Shown: piece after piece, positions 31,715-41,409 of the stretch
Numbering within the stretch: position 1 is the stretch's first letter
Layout: each line of letters begins with the position of its first letter
Assembly (NCBI GenBank): GCA_965248445.1
Contig: CBDFJG010000004.1
Coordinates: 480,001 to 544,000 of the forward strand
Reading direction: 5' to 3'
DNA: 64,000 nt
Source of the DNA: Planctomycetota bacterium
Lineage (GTDB): Bacteria > Planctomycetota > JAJSAM01 > JAJVHW01
The notes under the pieces: generated by a model
What the model was told of the DNA's origin: nothing
Database searches by the model: none
The model's input: the letters and a program-made list of their open reading frames with translations, nothing else
Position numbers and translations under genes: made by a program

Positions 31715-32998
31715 CTACTCGGGCGGGTCCTCCGGGCTCTGTGGAACCACTCGGAGTTCCCGCACTGCCGGACGCAGGGTGAACAGCGTTGCGGCCGAGA
31801 CTCCGACCACCGCGAGGAACAGAGCCGGACGCAGGCCGAGGACATCGCCGAGGTACCCACCCGCGAGCGCACCGAACGGAGTCACTCCCCACATCAGGAA
31901 GCGCACCGTGGCGTTCATGCGGCCCTGCAGGTGCAGAGGCGCAATCGCCTGGCGGAGCGACACCGCGTTGACGTTGAACAACGGGCGTGCCACACCGAGT
32001 GCGAAACTGCTCACCACGAGCAGCGCCACCGACGCCGACCCCGGCACCGCCGCAAGCGGGATCAACAGACGAGCCAGACCTGTCGCCACCTGCGCGACCG
32101 AGATCGATGGCCCCACGCCGATGCGACGTGACAGTCCCGGTGCGAGCGTTGCGCCGAGCATCGCACCCGGTCCACCGGCCGCCACGATCAAGCCGAGCAG
32201 GAACGGCGACACGTCGAGCTCCTTCGTGGCGTACAGCACGAACACCGCCACGATCATCGTGCTGCAGAAGTTGTGCAGCGCACCGCAACTGACGAGCGCA
32301 CGCAAGACACGGTTACCGAGCACGAGTTCGAGTCCGGTCCGCATGGATGCGGTCGTGGATTGATGCGCACGGCTGGCAACGTCCGCCGCGTCGGGACGTC
32401 GAATCGTGGCGAGTGACACCGCCGACAATCCAAACGACAATGCGTCGGCGGCAACTGCAAGCGGCGCCCCGAGCCACTGAACGAGCAGGCCGGCGAGGCC
32501 CGGTCCACCGGACTGCGCGACGGAGTAGCTGATCGTCAGCTTCGCATTGCCCTCGATCAACCCATCGCGTCCCACGAGATCCGGCAGATACGCCATGCCG
32601 GCGACGCTCGCGACGACTGAGATGGACGCCGCCGCGAAAGCGACGGCGCAGAGCTGCACGAACGTGAGCACGCCGAAGTACGCCGCCACCGGAATCGTCC
32701 CCAGCAGGAGCGCCGAGAGCATGTGCGAGGTGATCAGCAGGCGCCGCTTGCTACGAGCGCGGTCGACCAACACTCCGGCGAGGAGCCCGAACAGCAGGTA
32801 CGGGAGCTTCTCGGCCGCGCCCAGATAGCCCATCTGCGTCGCGCCGGCATCGAGGACGAGGACGGCCGTGAGCGGCAACGCCAGGTGCGAGACCTGATCT
32901 CCGACGTACGAGACCGTCTCCCCGAACCACAGGCGCCGAAAGTCCGGCACGCGGAAGAGCGATTCGCGGGGCGGCGGAGGGTCACTCGTGGGCTCCAA
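31715..32998 (-). CDS. MFS transporter
   Basis: FRRLWFGETVS, AGVLVDR, RQAIAP...QGRMNA; about 12 TM segments. Confidence 0.93.
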   Translation of the reverse strand: MEPTSDPPPPRESLFRVPDFRRLWFGETVSYVGDQVSHLALPLTAVLVLDAGATQMGYLGAAEKLPYLLFGLLAGVLVDRARSKRRLLITSHMLSALLLGTIPVAAYFGVLTFVQLCAVAFAAASISVVASVAGMAYLPDLVGRDGLIEGNAKLTISYSVAQSGGPGLAGLLVQWLGAPLAVAADALSFGLSAVSLATIRRPDAADVASRAHQSTTASMRTGLELVLGNRVLRALVSCGALHNFCSTMIVAVFVLYATKELDVSPFLLGLIVAAGGPGAMLGATLAPGLSRRIGVGPSISVAQVATGLARLLIPLAAVPGSASVALLVVSSFALGVARPLFNVNAVSLRQAIAPLHLQGRMNATVRFLMWGVTPFGALAGGYLGDVLGLRPALFLAVVGVSAATLFTLRPAVRELRVVPQSPEDPPE

Positions 32999-33117
32999 TT
33001 CGAGCTTCTTGTAGCAGGCCCCATGCTGCCGCGGAGGTCGGTGGCGGCCTGCTCTCCGCCGGACCGAGACGCCGCAACCAGCGCTCCGCTATCCTGCGGC
33101 ACCGAGGAGGAGCGCGC

Positions 33118-34566
33118 ATGCGGTGGATCACCCGGCTGACTCTCGCGTTGATCTCTCTGATCCTGATCTCGCCGGTCGCGGCACAAGAGCAGGGCGGCGC
33201 GATCGCGTGGAGCAAGGACCTGCCTACGGCCATGGAGGCCGCCAAGAAGGCGGAGCGTCTTCTCATGGTCTGCATCAACGCGAAGAGCGTGGACGGAGAG
33301 ATGGAGGAGCCCGCCGCGAAGGGGCTCCGCGACGTCGTCTACAAGGACAAGCGCGTCGTCGAGCGGTCGCGGGACTTCGTCTGCGTCTTCCTCACGGCCA
33401 AAGGCTCGTCCAAGGAGTACGACGTACTCCGGAAGCTCGGCATCGACGGCGACATCACGTCGCCGCAGCACGTCTTCGTCAGCGCGGACGGCACGCGCAT
33501 CGTGCACCGCCGCGCCTACTGGGTGTTCGGCAAGGGAGAGCGCGCCGTCGAGGTACTCCTCGAGATGATGACGAAGGCCGAAGCGGCGGCAAAGATCATG
33601 CCCGCGCCCGAACCCGAACCCGAGGGTGACGGTCCGCCGAAGAGCGACAGTGAGCGGGCCACGTGGATCGCGGGACTGATCGAACAAGTCGCGGATCTCG
33701 ACAAGCGTTACGCAGCGGCCAGGCAGCTCGTCGCCGCTGACAACGACGGCGACTGCACAGGCCCGTTGATCGCGCTGCTCCCCGAGTACAAGAAGGACAA
33801 GAGCGCATTGCGCGCCATCGTCCGCGCGCTGGGCCGGGATGGGCTCGAAGCGGCGGCACTGCCGATCGCCGACCTCCTCAAGCACAAGGAGGACACGGTC
33901 CGTGCGAACGCCGCCGTCAGCCTCGAGTACATCGGCAGCCACGACAAGAAGGTCGTCGCAGCGCTCAAGAGGCTCGCGGACAAGGAGAAGGACGCCGCGA
34001 TCGCGAACCACGCGTTCCGCGCCCTCGGCCGCTGCGGCACGGACGACTCCAAGATCCGTACGTTCCTGCTCAAGAAGGCAACGAGCGGCAAGAGTGAGTA
34101 CGCCACATACGGCCCGTGCATCGCCCTCGCGTACTTCGAGGAGGACGAGAAGGCGATGCGCGGGGTCGAGAAGATGCTGAAGCAGATCGGCGTGCCCGGC
34201 GGCCGCAGCGGGACGAACGTGGTGAAGCGCGGCCTCGTCTCCTGGACGCTGGCCTCCATCGGCGACGTGGACAGCGGCGACTTCGTCCGCGAGGAACTGA
34301 TCGCCGGCCTGGAGCACGTGACGGCGTTCTGGGTGGAGGGACTCCGTGGCTTCTGGGACCTGGTCGCGAAGGTCTGCGAGGGCGAAAGGGAGTCACTGCC
34401 GGCCGTCGTGGCGGGCGTGGGCGGTTTCGTCCGGTTCGCCAAGGGCGCCAACATGGAGCGGTACGGCGGCGAGGAGGCACACCTCATGGACGAGGCACGC
34501 AAGAACCGGGATGCGACAGACTTCAAGCCCAAGGGCGAGGACATCCTGAACGTCGACGACGAGTAG
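33118..34566 (+). CDS. Secreted thioredoxin-like + HEAT-repeat protein
   Basis: Signal peptide; IAWSKDLPTAMEAAK; VRANAAVSLE. Confidence 0.75.
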   Translation: MRWITRLTLALISLILISPVAAQEQGGAIAWSKDLPTAMEAAKKAERLLMVCINAKSVDGEMEEPAAKGLRDVVYKDKRVVERSRDFVCVFLTAKGSSKEYDVLRKLGIDGDITSPQHVFVSADGTRIVHRRAYWVFGKGERAVEVLLEMMTKAEAAAKIMPAPEPEPEGDGPPKSDSERATWIAGLIEQVADLDKRYAAARQLVAADNDGDCTGPLIALLPEYKKDKSALRAIVRALGRDGLEAAALPIADLLKHKEDTVRANAAVSLEYIGSHDKKVVAALKRLADKEKDAAIANHAFRALGRCGTDDSKIRTFLLKKATSGKSEYATYGPCIALAYFEEDEKAMRGVEKMLKQIGVPGGRSGTNVVKRGLVSWTLASIGDVDSGDFVREELIAGLEHVTAFWVEGLRGFWDLVAKVCEGERESLPAVVAGVGGFVRFAKGANMERYGGEEAHLMDEARKNRDATDFKPKGEDILNVDDE

Positions 34567-34612
34567 ACTGAGCGGACGCGATCGGCACTCGGTGGGACAC
34601 GAAGGGGCAGGC

Positions 34613-36499
34613 ATGCTGACGAGAACACAGCGACGGGCGGCGACAGGGATCGGATTGGCCGGGTTGGCCGCAGTCGGCCTGGCCGGAAGCCTCATGTGCG
34701 CCGTAGAGATCGGATACGCGATCTGCGCGGGCTACGCACCTCCTCCACCCCCGCCCCCGCCCGTGGAGCCCGCGGGCACGGTCCCCGACGACAGCCGCGA
34801 GCCGACGGACCCCTCGCCGCCCGACAAGCCCGGCGGCCCGACTACCGGCGGCGGCGACGAACTCGGCGGCCCGACGACAGGTGGCGGCGACGACGGCGGC
34901 CCCATCACCGGCGGCGGCGGCGACGGACCGCTCCGTGGCGCGAGAACGGGCGCACGCCCGCGCAGCGGCGGCGTGGATCCGGGACACTGGACACACTGGT
35001 GGTACGCCAACCGGGCGTTCCTGCTCGCGGAGGGCTCGCGCGTCGGTGCACGCGCCGCCGCGACGCCGAGTGCACGCGACAAGCAAGGCGCCGAACTCTG
35101 GCGCGCGGACGCGCGGCGCGCTCTCGCCGAGACGCTCTCCGATGACGACGACGAAGTCGTCGCTGCAGCGGTCCTCGCGCTCGGCAAGGGCGGCGACCCC
35201 GCCGACATCCCGTTCGTGATCCGAATCGCCGAGGACACCGACCGCGGACAGGCATCTCGCGAAGCCGCCGCGATGGCGCTCGGGATCCTCGGTGGAGAGA
35301 CAGCCGGCGACCGCACCTCCGCGCGCACAACGCTCCAGGCCATGGCCGTGGAGAAGGGCGCACCGGAGCGCCAGCGGGCCATCGCGATCCTCGCGCTCGG
35401 ACTGCGGCAAGAGGAAGCGAGCCTGCCGTTCCTGATGGACCAGGCGCGCAGCGGCGGACGCAGCTGGGACGTTCCCGCCGCAGCCCTCACCGCGCTCGGG
35501 CTCAGCGGTTCCGAAGCGGCGCGCGACGAACTCGTGCGGCTACTGACACCCCCCAAGCGGGGCAACGAGCGCATGCGTCAGATCTACGCCGCCCACGGCC
35601 TGGCGAAGCTCGGTGACGTGTCAGCGCTCCCGGCGCTCTTCGATGCTCTGTCGGACAAGTCCGACGACGTCCGGCGTGCGGCCGCTCTGTCGATCGGTGC
35701 CATCGCGCCGGCGGCGCACAAGCCGTCGGTGGACGCTCTCGAGCGTGCCCTCCGAAAGGACGACGACCGCGGCGTGCGCGCCACCTCTGCCGTCTCTCTC
35801 GGACTCATCGGCGGCGACGACGCCCTCGCGGCGCTGCGCCGCAGCTACGACAAGGACGACACCGTGCTGCGACCGTTCGCCGCCGTAGCGATCGGAGTGC
35901 TGGCGCGTCGCGCAGAGCGACCGCGCATCGCGGCTCCGCTGCTGAAGGATCTGAAGCGCGGCACGCGTAAGGAACTGCTGGGTGCAACGTGCGTAGCGGT
36001 CGGGTTGGCCGGTCTGTCCGACGCCACACCGTCGCTGCGAGAACTGCTGAGCGAGAGTCATGACCCGGCCGTGCGCGCGCAGGCCGCGGTGTCGCTCGGA
36101 CTCCTCGGTGATCGCGTCGCGACTCCACCGATCCTGCGCGACATCCTCGAGGACTCGAACGACCCCATCCTGCGCGGCGAGTGCACGCGCGCGCTCGGCA
36201 TGCTGGGCGACGTTCGCACGCTGGTTGCGCTCGACGAGATGGCAACGAACGGCGGCGCGGAGCACGAGCGCATCACGGGAATCCTGGCGCTCGGCCGCAT
36301 CGGCGGCCACGAGTCGTCGAGCCTCCTGACCGGCGTACTCGGCGACATCAAACGCTCACAACTCGAGCGCCACATGGCAGGGAACGCCCTCGGACTCCTG
36401 CTCGACACGAGCGAGGGCCGCCGCGTCGGCCGCATCGCCGCCGACGTCAACTGGTACGCGCTCACGCAGGCCGTGTTCGAGGTGATGGCGGAGATGTAG
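34613..36499 (+). CDS. HEAT-repeat protein
   Basis: Pro/Gly linker with three GGPTTGGG-like repeats, WTHWWYANR, many HEAT repeats. Confidence 0.8.
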   Translation: MLTRTQRRAATGIGLAGLAAVGLAGSLMCAVEIGYAICAGYAPPPPPPPPVEPAGTVPDDSREPTDPSPPDKPGGPTTGGGDELGGPTTGGGDDGGPITGGGGDGPLRGARTGARPRSGGVDPGHWTHWWYANRAFLLAEGSRVGARAAATPSARDKQGAELWRADARRALAETLSDDDDEVVAAAVLALGKGGDPADIPFVIRIAEDTDRGQASREAAAMALGILGGETAGDRTSARTTLQAMAVEKGAPERQRAIAILALGLRQEEASLPFLMDQARSGGRSWDVPAAALTALGLSGSEAARDELVRLLTPPKRGNERMRQIYAAHGLAKLGDVSALPALFDALSDKSDDVRRAAALSIGAIAPAAHKPSVDALERALRKDDDRGVRATSAVSLGLIGGDDALAALRRSYDKDDTVLRPFAAVAIGVLARRAERPRIAAPLLKDLKRGTRKELLGATCVAVGLAGLSDATPSLRELLSESHDPAVRAQAAVSLGLLGDRVATPPILRDILEDSNDPILRGECTRALGMLGDVRTLVALDEMATNGGAEHERITGILALGRIGGHESSSLLTGVLGDIKRSQLERHMAGNALGLLLDTSEGRRVGRIAADVNWYALTQAVFEVMAEM

Positions 36500-36548
36500 C
36501 CGGCCCGTGGCGGCGGTGGTACCGCGACCGGTGAGCGGAGGTGACGCC

Positions 36549-37040
36549 GTGCGATTTCTAGTGCTTCTCGCGGTCCTCCTGCTCGCCGCGTGCGGAGAGC
36601 CCGTGTCCCCCGCCACGGCGCCGGCGAGGGCGCCGTCCCCCGCCCCCGTCGTCGCCCCGGCGACGACGCCGACTCCCGCGGAGGATCGCGAAGCGCTTCT
36701 CGCGCGCATCGATCAGTTCAACAGCACCATCCGCGAGGGCGACAAGGACGGGTACGCGGACGTGTTCGTCGACGACTTCGTCTTCACCTGGTCGCGCAAC
36801 GGTCAGATCTACGACCGCGAGTCGATCCTGCCGAACGTGGTGCCCACGCCGGACTACAACCCGCTCGTGGACGAGCACATCGTGCGCATCTACGGCGACA
36901 GCGCGATCGTCAACTATCGCGTGCGCAAGGAAGAGGGCGAGGACGGCGCGCGCGTCACGTTCAGCTACGCGCGCATCGACGGCGGGTGGAAGGTCGTCGC
37001 CAGCCACAGCACACCGATCGTCGTCGACGAAGAGGAGTGA
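36549..37040 (+). CDS. NTF2-like (DUF4440) lipoprotein
   Basis: LAAC lipobox; VRIYGDSAIV, DGGWKVVASHST. Confidence 0.8.
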   Translation: MRFLVLLAVLLLAACGEPVSPATAPARAPSPAPVVAPATTPTPAEDREALLARIDQFNSTIREGDKDGYADVFVDDFVFTWSRNGQIYDRESILPNVVPTPDYNPLVDEHIVRIYGDSAIVNYRVRKEEGEDGARVTFSYARIDGGWKVVASHSTPIVVDEEE

Positions 37041-37074
37041 GGGTCAGTCCGGGATTCCGGGCGCATCTCGGCGT

Positions 37075-37977
37075 TCATCGGCGCTTACGACGCCACTTTC
37101 GGGCTTTCGGAGGCGGTGAGACGTCGCGGCCCGCGAGCACCGCTTCCAGATCGGCGACCATCTCCGACGGCGTCGCGTACCGCTTCTCACGGTCCTTCTG
37201 AAGCGCCTTCGCAAGGACGTTCGCGAGCGAGTCCGTGAGGTCCTTGCACAGTTCGCGCGGATCCGGAACCGGCGCGTTCGCGTGTCGCTCGAGGATCACA
37301 ACAGCGCTGGTCTCCGCGAACGGCGGACGACCCGTGAGCATCTCGTAGAGGATGCACCCGAGTGAGTAGATGTCAGCGCGGGCGTCGAGTTGGTCGTGGG
37401 CAATCGAGTCCGGCGACCGATAGTGCGCTCCGTAGTGCGCGGTGGAGTCGTCCAGATCGAAGTGTGTCTCGCCGGCGCGCTCACGGCGCGGCCGGGCGAA
37501 CGAGAATCCGCGCAGCTTCGGAATGCCGCTCCGGTCCATCAGGATGCAGCGCGGGTTCACACTGCGATGCAGCATCCCCGCGGCCTCCACGTGCTCGAGT
37601 GCCCGGGCGAGCCCGAGCGCGATCGTCGTCGCCCGCCGTACCGAAAACCACTCCCCTTCCTCGAGCATCGCGGCCAGGCGCACACCGCCCACGTGTTCGA
37701 ATGCGATGTACTGGTGCCCCGCAATCGAGCCGGCGTCCAGCGCCGACAAGATGTTCGGGTGCCGCAGCTTCGAGGCCGCCGCGAGCTGCCGCTCGAACCG
37801 CATACGGAACGCGGGCTTCTCGCTCTCCTGACGCGGGAGGACCTTGAGCGTGACGAGCCGGTCCACCGTCTCCTGATGCGCCCGGTAGATCCGCGTCCCG
37901 CCGACCTGCCCCAGCAACGCGAGGACCCGGTAGTTACCGAAGCGCCGTTGCACGGCCGGTTCCTTTTCATCTCCCAT
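37075..37977 (-). CDS. Ser/Thr kinase-fold protein, probable pseudokinase
   Basis: VTLKVL, HPNI, DIYSLGCILYEMLTGRPPF present; HRD is HRS and DFG is GFS. Confidence 0.85.
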   Translation of the reverse strand: MGDEKEPAVQRRFGNYRVLALLGQVGGTRIYRAHQETVDRLVTLKVLPRQESEKPAFRMRFERQLAAASKLRHPNILSALDAGSIAGHQYIAFEHVGGVRLAAMLEEGEWFSVRRATTIALGLARALEHVEAAGMLHRSVNPRCILMDRSGIPKLRGFSFARPRRERAGETHFDLDDSTAHYGAHYRSPDSIAHDQLDARADIYSLGCILYEMLTGRPPFAETSAVVILERHANAPVPDPRELCKDLTDSLANVLAKALQKDREKRYATPSEMVADLEAVLAGRDVSPPPKARKWRRKRR

Positions 37978-37985
37978 TGTCAGCG

Positions 37986-38402
37986 CTAGACGGCTACGCG
38001 AGCGCGGCGCTTGCGTTCGACGTTCCCTGCGAACCAGCTCGCGGCGATGATCAGCGGCACGTCGATCCACATCCAGGCCGGTCCTCCCGTTCCGATCTGG
38101 GCGAACACCGCGCCAACAACCGTCAGGGCGCCGACCACGCCAGACAGCAACATCGGTCGTGACTTGCCGAGGCGCGCGGCGATCCAGCCTCCGATGCCGA
38201 CCTGACCCACATGGGCGGCGAGGACCGTCAGAAACGCCTGCGGAGGCAGCGTCGCGACGTACGCCTTCATCTGCTCCGGGTCCTGCATGCTCTGCCCCTC
38301 GCCCATCGGGAAGAGCATCGTGGTGTTCAGCAGGATCAGGGCGATGTTCCAGAGGTTTCCCGCAATGAGTCCGACGATCACGGCTCCGATGTTCCGCAGC
38401 AT
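37986..38402 (-). CDS. Membrane protein
   Basis: Four TM segments; MLRNIGAVIVG...PAWMW. Confidence 0.7.
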   Translation of the reverse strand: MLRNIGAVIVGLIAGNLWNIALILLNTTMLFPMGEGQSMQDPEQMKAYVATLPPQAFLTVLAAHVGQVGIGGWIAARLGKSRPMLLSGVVGALTVVGAVFAQIGTGGPAWMWIDVPLIIAASWFAGNVERKRRARVAV

Positions 38403-38459
38403 GGGCGACGACTCCCTTCGGTCGTGATCGTACGCGCCGATCGCAGTAGAATCACGTCC

Positions 38460-39125
38460 ATGACTCTCGCAGAGACACTCACGCAGCTCGAAGCGCTCGG
38501 CGACGAGAAGGTCCGCGCGCGAAACGCCAAACGCGGTGCCGGCGACAATCAGTTCGGCGTCAATCTCGGCGACATCCGGAAGGTGGCGAAGAAGGCGAAG
38601 ACCGACCACGAGTTGGCCCTGGCTCTATGGGACACCGGGAACATCGACGCCCGGTTCCTGGCGACCCTCGTGATCAAGCCGAAGGCCCTGTCGAACGACG
38701 AACTGGATCGGCTGGTGCGGTCAGTCACCTTCGATCGAGTGGCGGACTGGCTGAACTCCTACGTCGTCAAGAATCACCCCGACAAGGAGACGCTGCGCCA
38801 AGAGTGGATGGCCACTGACGACGCCATGGCGGCCCGCACGGGATGGAACCTCACCGCCCAGCGGATCGTGAATAGTCCTGGCGGGCTTGACCTCTCAGCG
38901 CTTCTCGATCGCATCGAGTCCGAGATGGGGAGTGCCCCACGCGTGGCGCAGTGGACGATGAACTTCGCTCTCACCGAGATCGGCGTCCACTTCCCCGAGC
39001 ACCGCGAGCGCTCACTCGCCATCGGAGAGACGTTGGGCGTCTTCCGCGACTACCCCGTCTCGAAGGGCTGCACCTCACCGTTCGCGCCGATCTGGATCAA
39101 CGCCATGGTGAACCGGCAGGGCTGA
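38460..39125 (+). CDS. DNA alkylation repair protein (AlkD-like)
   Basis: FGVNLGDIRKVAK, LALALWDTGNIDAR, QWTMN, GCTSPFAPIWI. Confidence 0.88.
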   Translation: MTLAETLTQLEALGDEKVRARNAKRGAGDNQFGVNLGDIRKVAKKAKTDHELALALWDTGNIDARFLATLVIKPKALSNDELDRLVRSVTFDRVADWLNSYVVKNHPDKETLRQEWMATDDAMAARTGWNLTAQRIVNSPGGLDLSALLDRIESEMGSAPRVAQWTMNFALTEIGVHFPEHRERSLAIGETLGVFRDYPVSKGCTSPFAPIWINAMVNRQG

Positions 39126-39137
39126 GTTCTCCGGAGG

Positions 39138-39776
39138 GTGGCCACCAAAGGAGCGCGGCGCCGCACAGCAACCAGCACAGGGACCAACGTCGTGACGAAG
39201 CAGAGTCTCCAGAGTCTCCTACGCGATGTTCGCGCGTGCCGCATCTGTGAGCCTCACCTGGCAGCCGGTGTGCGACCGGTCCTGCAAGCCCACTCTGAGG
39301 CGCGCGTCCTCATCGCGGGTCAGGCGCCGGGCCGACGTGTCCACGAGTCAGGCGTGCCGTTCGACGATCCGAGCGGTGATAGGTTGCGCGACTGGATGGG
39401 CGTGTCGCGCGACACGTTCTACGACGCGACGCAGATCGCGATCCTGCCGATGGGCTTCTGCTACCCGGGGACCGGGACGTCCGGAGATCTCGCGCCACGC
39501 CCCGAGTGCGCAGATGCGTGGAGGCAACCTCTGCTCGAACGCCTCTCCGCAGTGAAGCTGACGCTCGTCATCGGTCAGTACGCCATCAGGTGGCATCTCG
39601 AGCAGCGGCAGAAGACGCTCACGGCGACGGTGCGGGCCTGGAAGGACTACCGGCCGGCTCTCGTCCCGCTGCCTCATCCCAGCCCGCGCAACAACATCTG
39701 GCTGAAGAGGAACCCGTGGTTCGAGGACGAGGTACTGCCCTACCTGCGCCGGCGCATCCGGTCGCTCCTCGGGTAG
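39138..39776 (+). CDS. Uracil-DNA glycosylase family protein
   Basis: GQAPG, FDDPSGDRLRDW, PMGFCYPG, PLPHPSPRN. Confidence 0.92.
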   Translation: MATKGARRRTATSTGTNVVTKQSLQSLLRDVRACRICEPHLAAGVRPVLQAHSEARVLIAGQAPGRRVHESGVPFDDPSGDRLRDWMGVSRDTFYDATQIAILPMGFCYPGTGTSGDLAPRPECADAWRQPLLERLSAVKLTLVIGQYAIRWHLEQRQKTLTATVRAWKDYRPALVPLPHPSPRNNIWLKRNPWFEDEVLPYLRRRIRSLLG

Positions 39777-39856
39777 CGCCTCGGAGCGCAGCGGTGTTCG
39801 CGGCAGGTGATCAGCCCCCGCGCAGGGTGTGCAGATCGGGCACGGGGGTGGATAAC

Positions 39857-40005
39857 TGCCTCCGAGGCACGAGTTGGGTCGCAGTTGAGCAACGGCGCGG
39901 CGAAAGCCCGGGGGCGCGCGGGCCATACCCAGGTGGGGTCCGCCCAACGGGGGAACGCCGGAGCCGTGCACGGAGCGGCCGGGCGATCGAGAAGGGCACC
40001 TCAGG
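39857..40005 (+). ncRNA. Candidate structured RNA (unnamed)
   Basis: Intergenic, with several potential helices including a GAAA tetraloop; see findings. Strand uncertain. Confidence 0.3.
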
Positions 40006-40059
40006 GAGCCAGATGACGGTGCGGCGAGCGCGGGGTATGCTCCGTCTACGTGATCCGGA

Positions 40060-41376
40060 ATGAACTCGACTCAGCCGTCCACCATCGAGCTCCTTGGCCG
40101 CGCGCGCGCGGGGGATGATCGTGCGTTCAGAGACCTCTTCGAGCGCCACGAGCCCGAACTGCGCCGGCGCTTCGAAGAAAGACCGGACGTCGCGGCTCGC
40201 GAGTTCAGCGCCCCCGATGACCTGATCCTCGAGACCTACCTCGTGGCCCTGAGGCGCGTGGAAGAGTTCCGGTCCCGGCGCGAGGACGCGTTCGGTCGTT
40301 GGCTCGCCTACATCGCGGACCTGCGGTTGGCGGAGTCGCTCCATCGCCCGGAGCTGGTCGGGCCGGCTCTCCAGGCGGCGCTCGCCGAGGAAGCGCGCGT
40401 CGCGGACGAAGCACGGCTTGCCGAAGAAGCACGCGCCGCCGAGCAAGCGCAACTCGCCGAGCAAGCGCAACTCGCCGAGCAAGCGCGGCTTGCCGAGGAA
40501 GAGCGGCTTGCCGAGGAAGAGCGCCTCGCCGAGGAAGAGCGCCTCGCCAAGGAAGCGCGCCTCGCCAAGGAAGCGCGCGTCGCCGAAGAAGCGCGCCTCG
40601 CCGAAGAAGCACGCCTCGCCGAGGAAGCGCGCCTCGCCAACGAAGCACGCCTCGCCGAGGAAGCACGCCTCGCCGAGGAAGCACGCCTCGCCGAGGAAGC
40701 GCGCATCGCCGAGGAAGCACGCCTCGCCGAGGAAGCGCGTCTCTCCGAGGAAGCGCGCCTCGCCAAGCAAGCGCACCTCGCCAAGGAAGCGCGCCTCGCC
40801 GAGGAAGCACGCCTCGCCGACGAAGCACGCCTCGCCGAGGAAGCGCGCATCGCCGAGCAAGCGCGCATCGCCGAGCAAGCGCGCCTCGCCGAGGAAGCGC
40901 GTCTCGCCAAGGGAGCGCGCCTCGCCGAGGAAGCGCGCCTCGCCGAGGAAGCGCGTCTCGCCGAGGTTGCACACCTCGCCGCGGAAATCACCCGCGCCAA
41001 GGAAGCGGCCCCCCCCGACGAAGAGGCGCTCTCGGCATCCTGGGAAGCGGCCATGCAAGTGCCCCTCCCGTGGGAGGGATCGCCGCCCGAGCAGGAGGGG
41101 TTCGTGACGGCGTGGCAAGCCGCCATGCACGTCCCGCTCCCTGGCGAGTCGCAGCCGCCGGAGCCGAAGGAGTTCGCTGCAGCGTGGCAGGCTGCGATGC
41201 AAGTGCCCCTGCCGTGGCAGCCGCCGTCCGACGAGGAAGCTGCCGACGCCGAGTTCGATCTCGACGAGATGACCGACGAGTTGATCGAGGAGTTGCTCGA
41301 CGAAGAGCCCGAGGGCCACGTCGCGGCCCGGGTCACCTCGGGCGATCAGTCCGGCCCGCACGGCAGCGACGCGTAG
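40060..41376 (+). CDS. ECF sigma region-2-like domain fused to (LAEEAR)33 helix and acidic tail
   Basis: ELLGRARAGDDRAFRDLFERH, DDLILETYL, AFGRWLAYIA; no region 4 is recognisable. Confidence 0.75.
   Translation: MNSTQPSTIELLGRARAGDDRAFRDLFERHEPELRRRFEERPDVAAREFSAPDDLILETYLVALRRVEEFRSRREDAFGRWLAYIADLRLAESLHRPELVGPALQAALAEEARVADEARLAEEARAAEQAQLAEQAQLAEQARLAEEERLAEEERLAEEERLAKEARLAKEARVAEEARLAEEARLAEEARLANEARLAEEARLAEEARLAEEARIAEEARLAEEARLSEEARLAKQAHLAKEARLAEEARLADEARLAEEARIAEQARIAEQARLAEEARLAKGARLAEEARLAEEARLAEVAHLAAEITRAKEAAPPDEEALSASWEAAMQVPLPWEGSPPEQEGFVTAWQAAMHVPLPGESQPPEPKEFAAAWQAAMQVPLPWQPPSDEEAADAEFDLDEMTDELIEELLDEEPEGHVAARVTSGDQSGPHGSDA
40381..40974 (+). repeat. Coding tandem repeat, 33 x 18 bp
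   Basis: Consensus CTCGCCGAGGAAGCGCGC (LAEEAR). Confidence 0.95.
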
Positions 41377-41409
41377 ACCGAGACGACGAGCAGACCGATG
41401 TGGCCCGGG

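Noticed and set aside
40381..40974. CRISPR-like array
   Set aside because: Contiguous in-frame 18-bp coding repeats with no spacers. The 36-bp repeats at 17024/18140 are only two and inverted; no cas operon.
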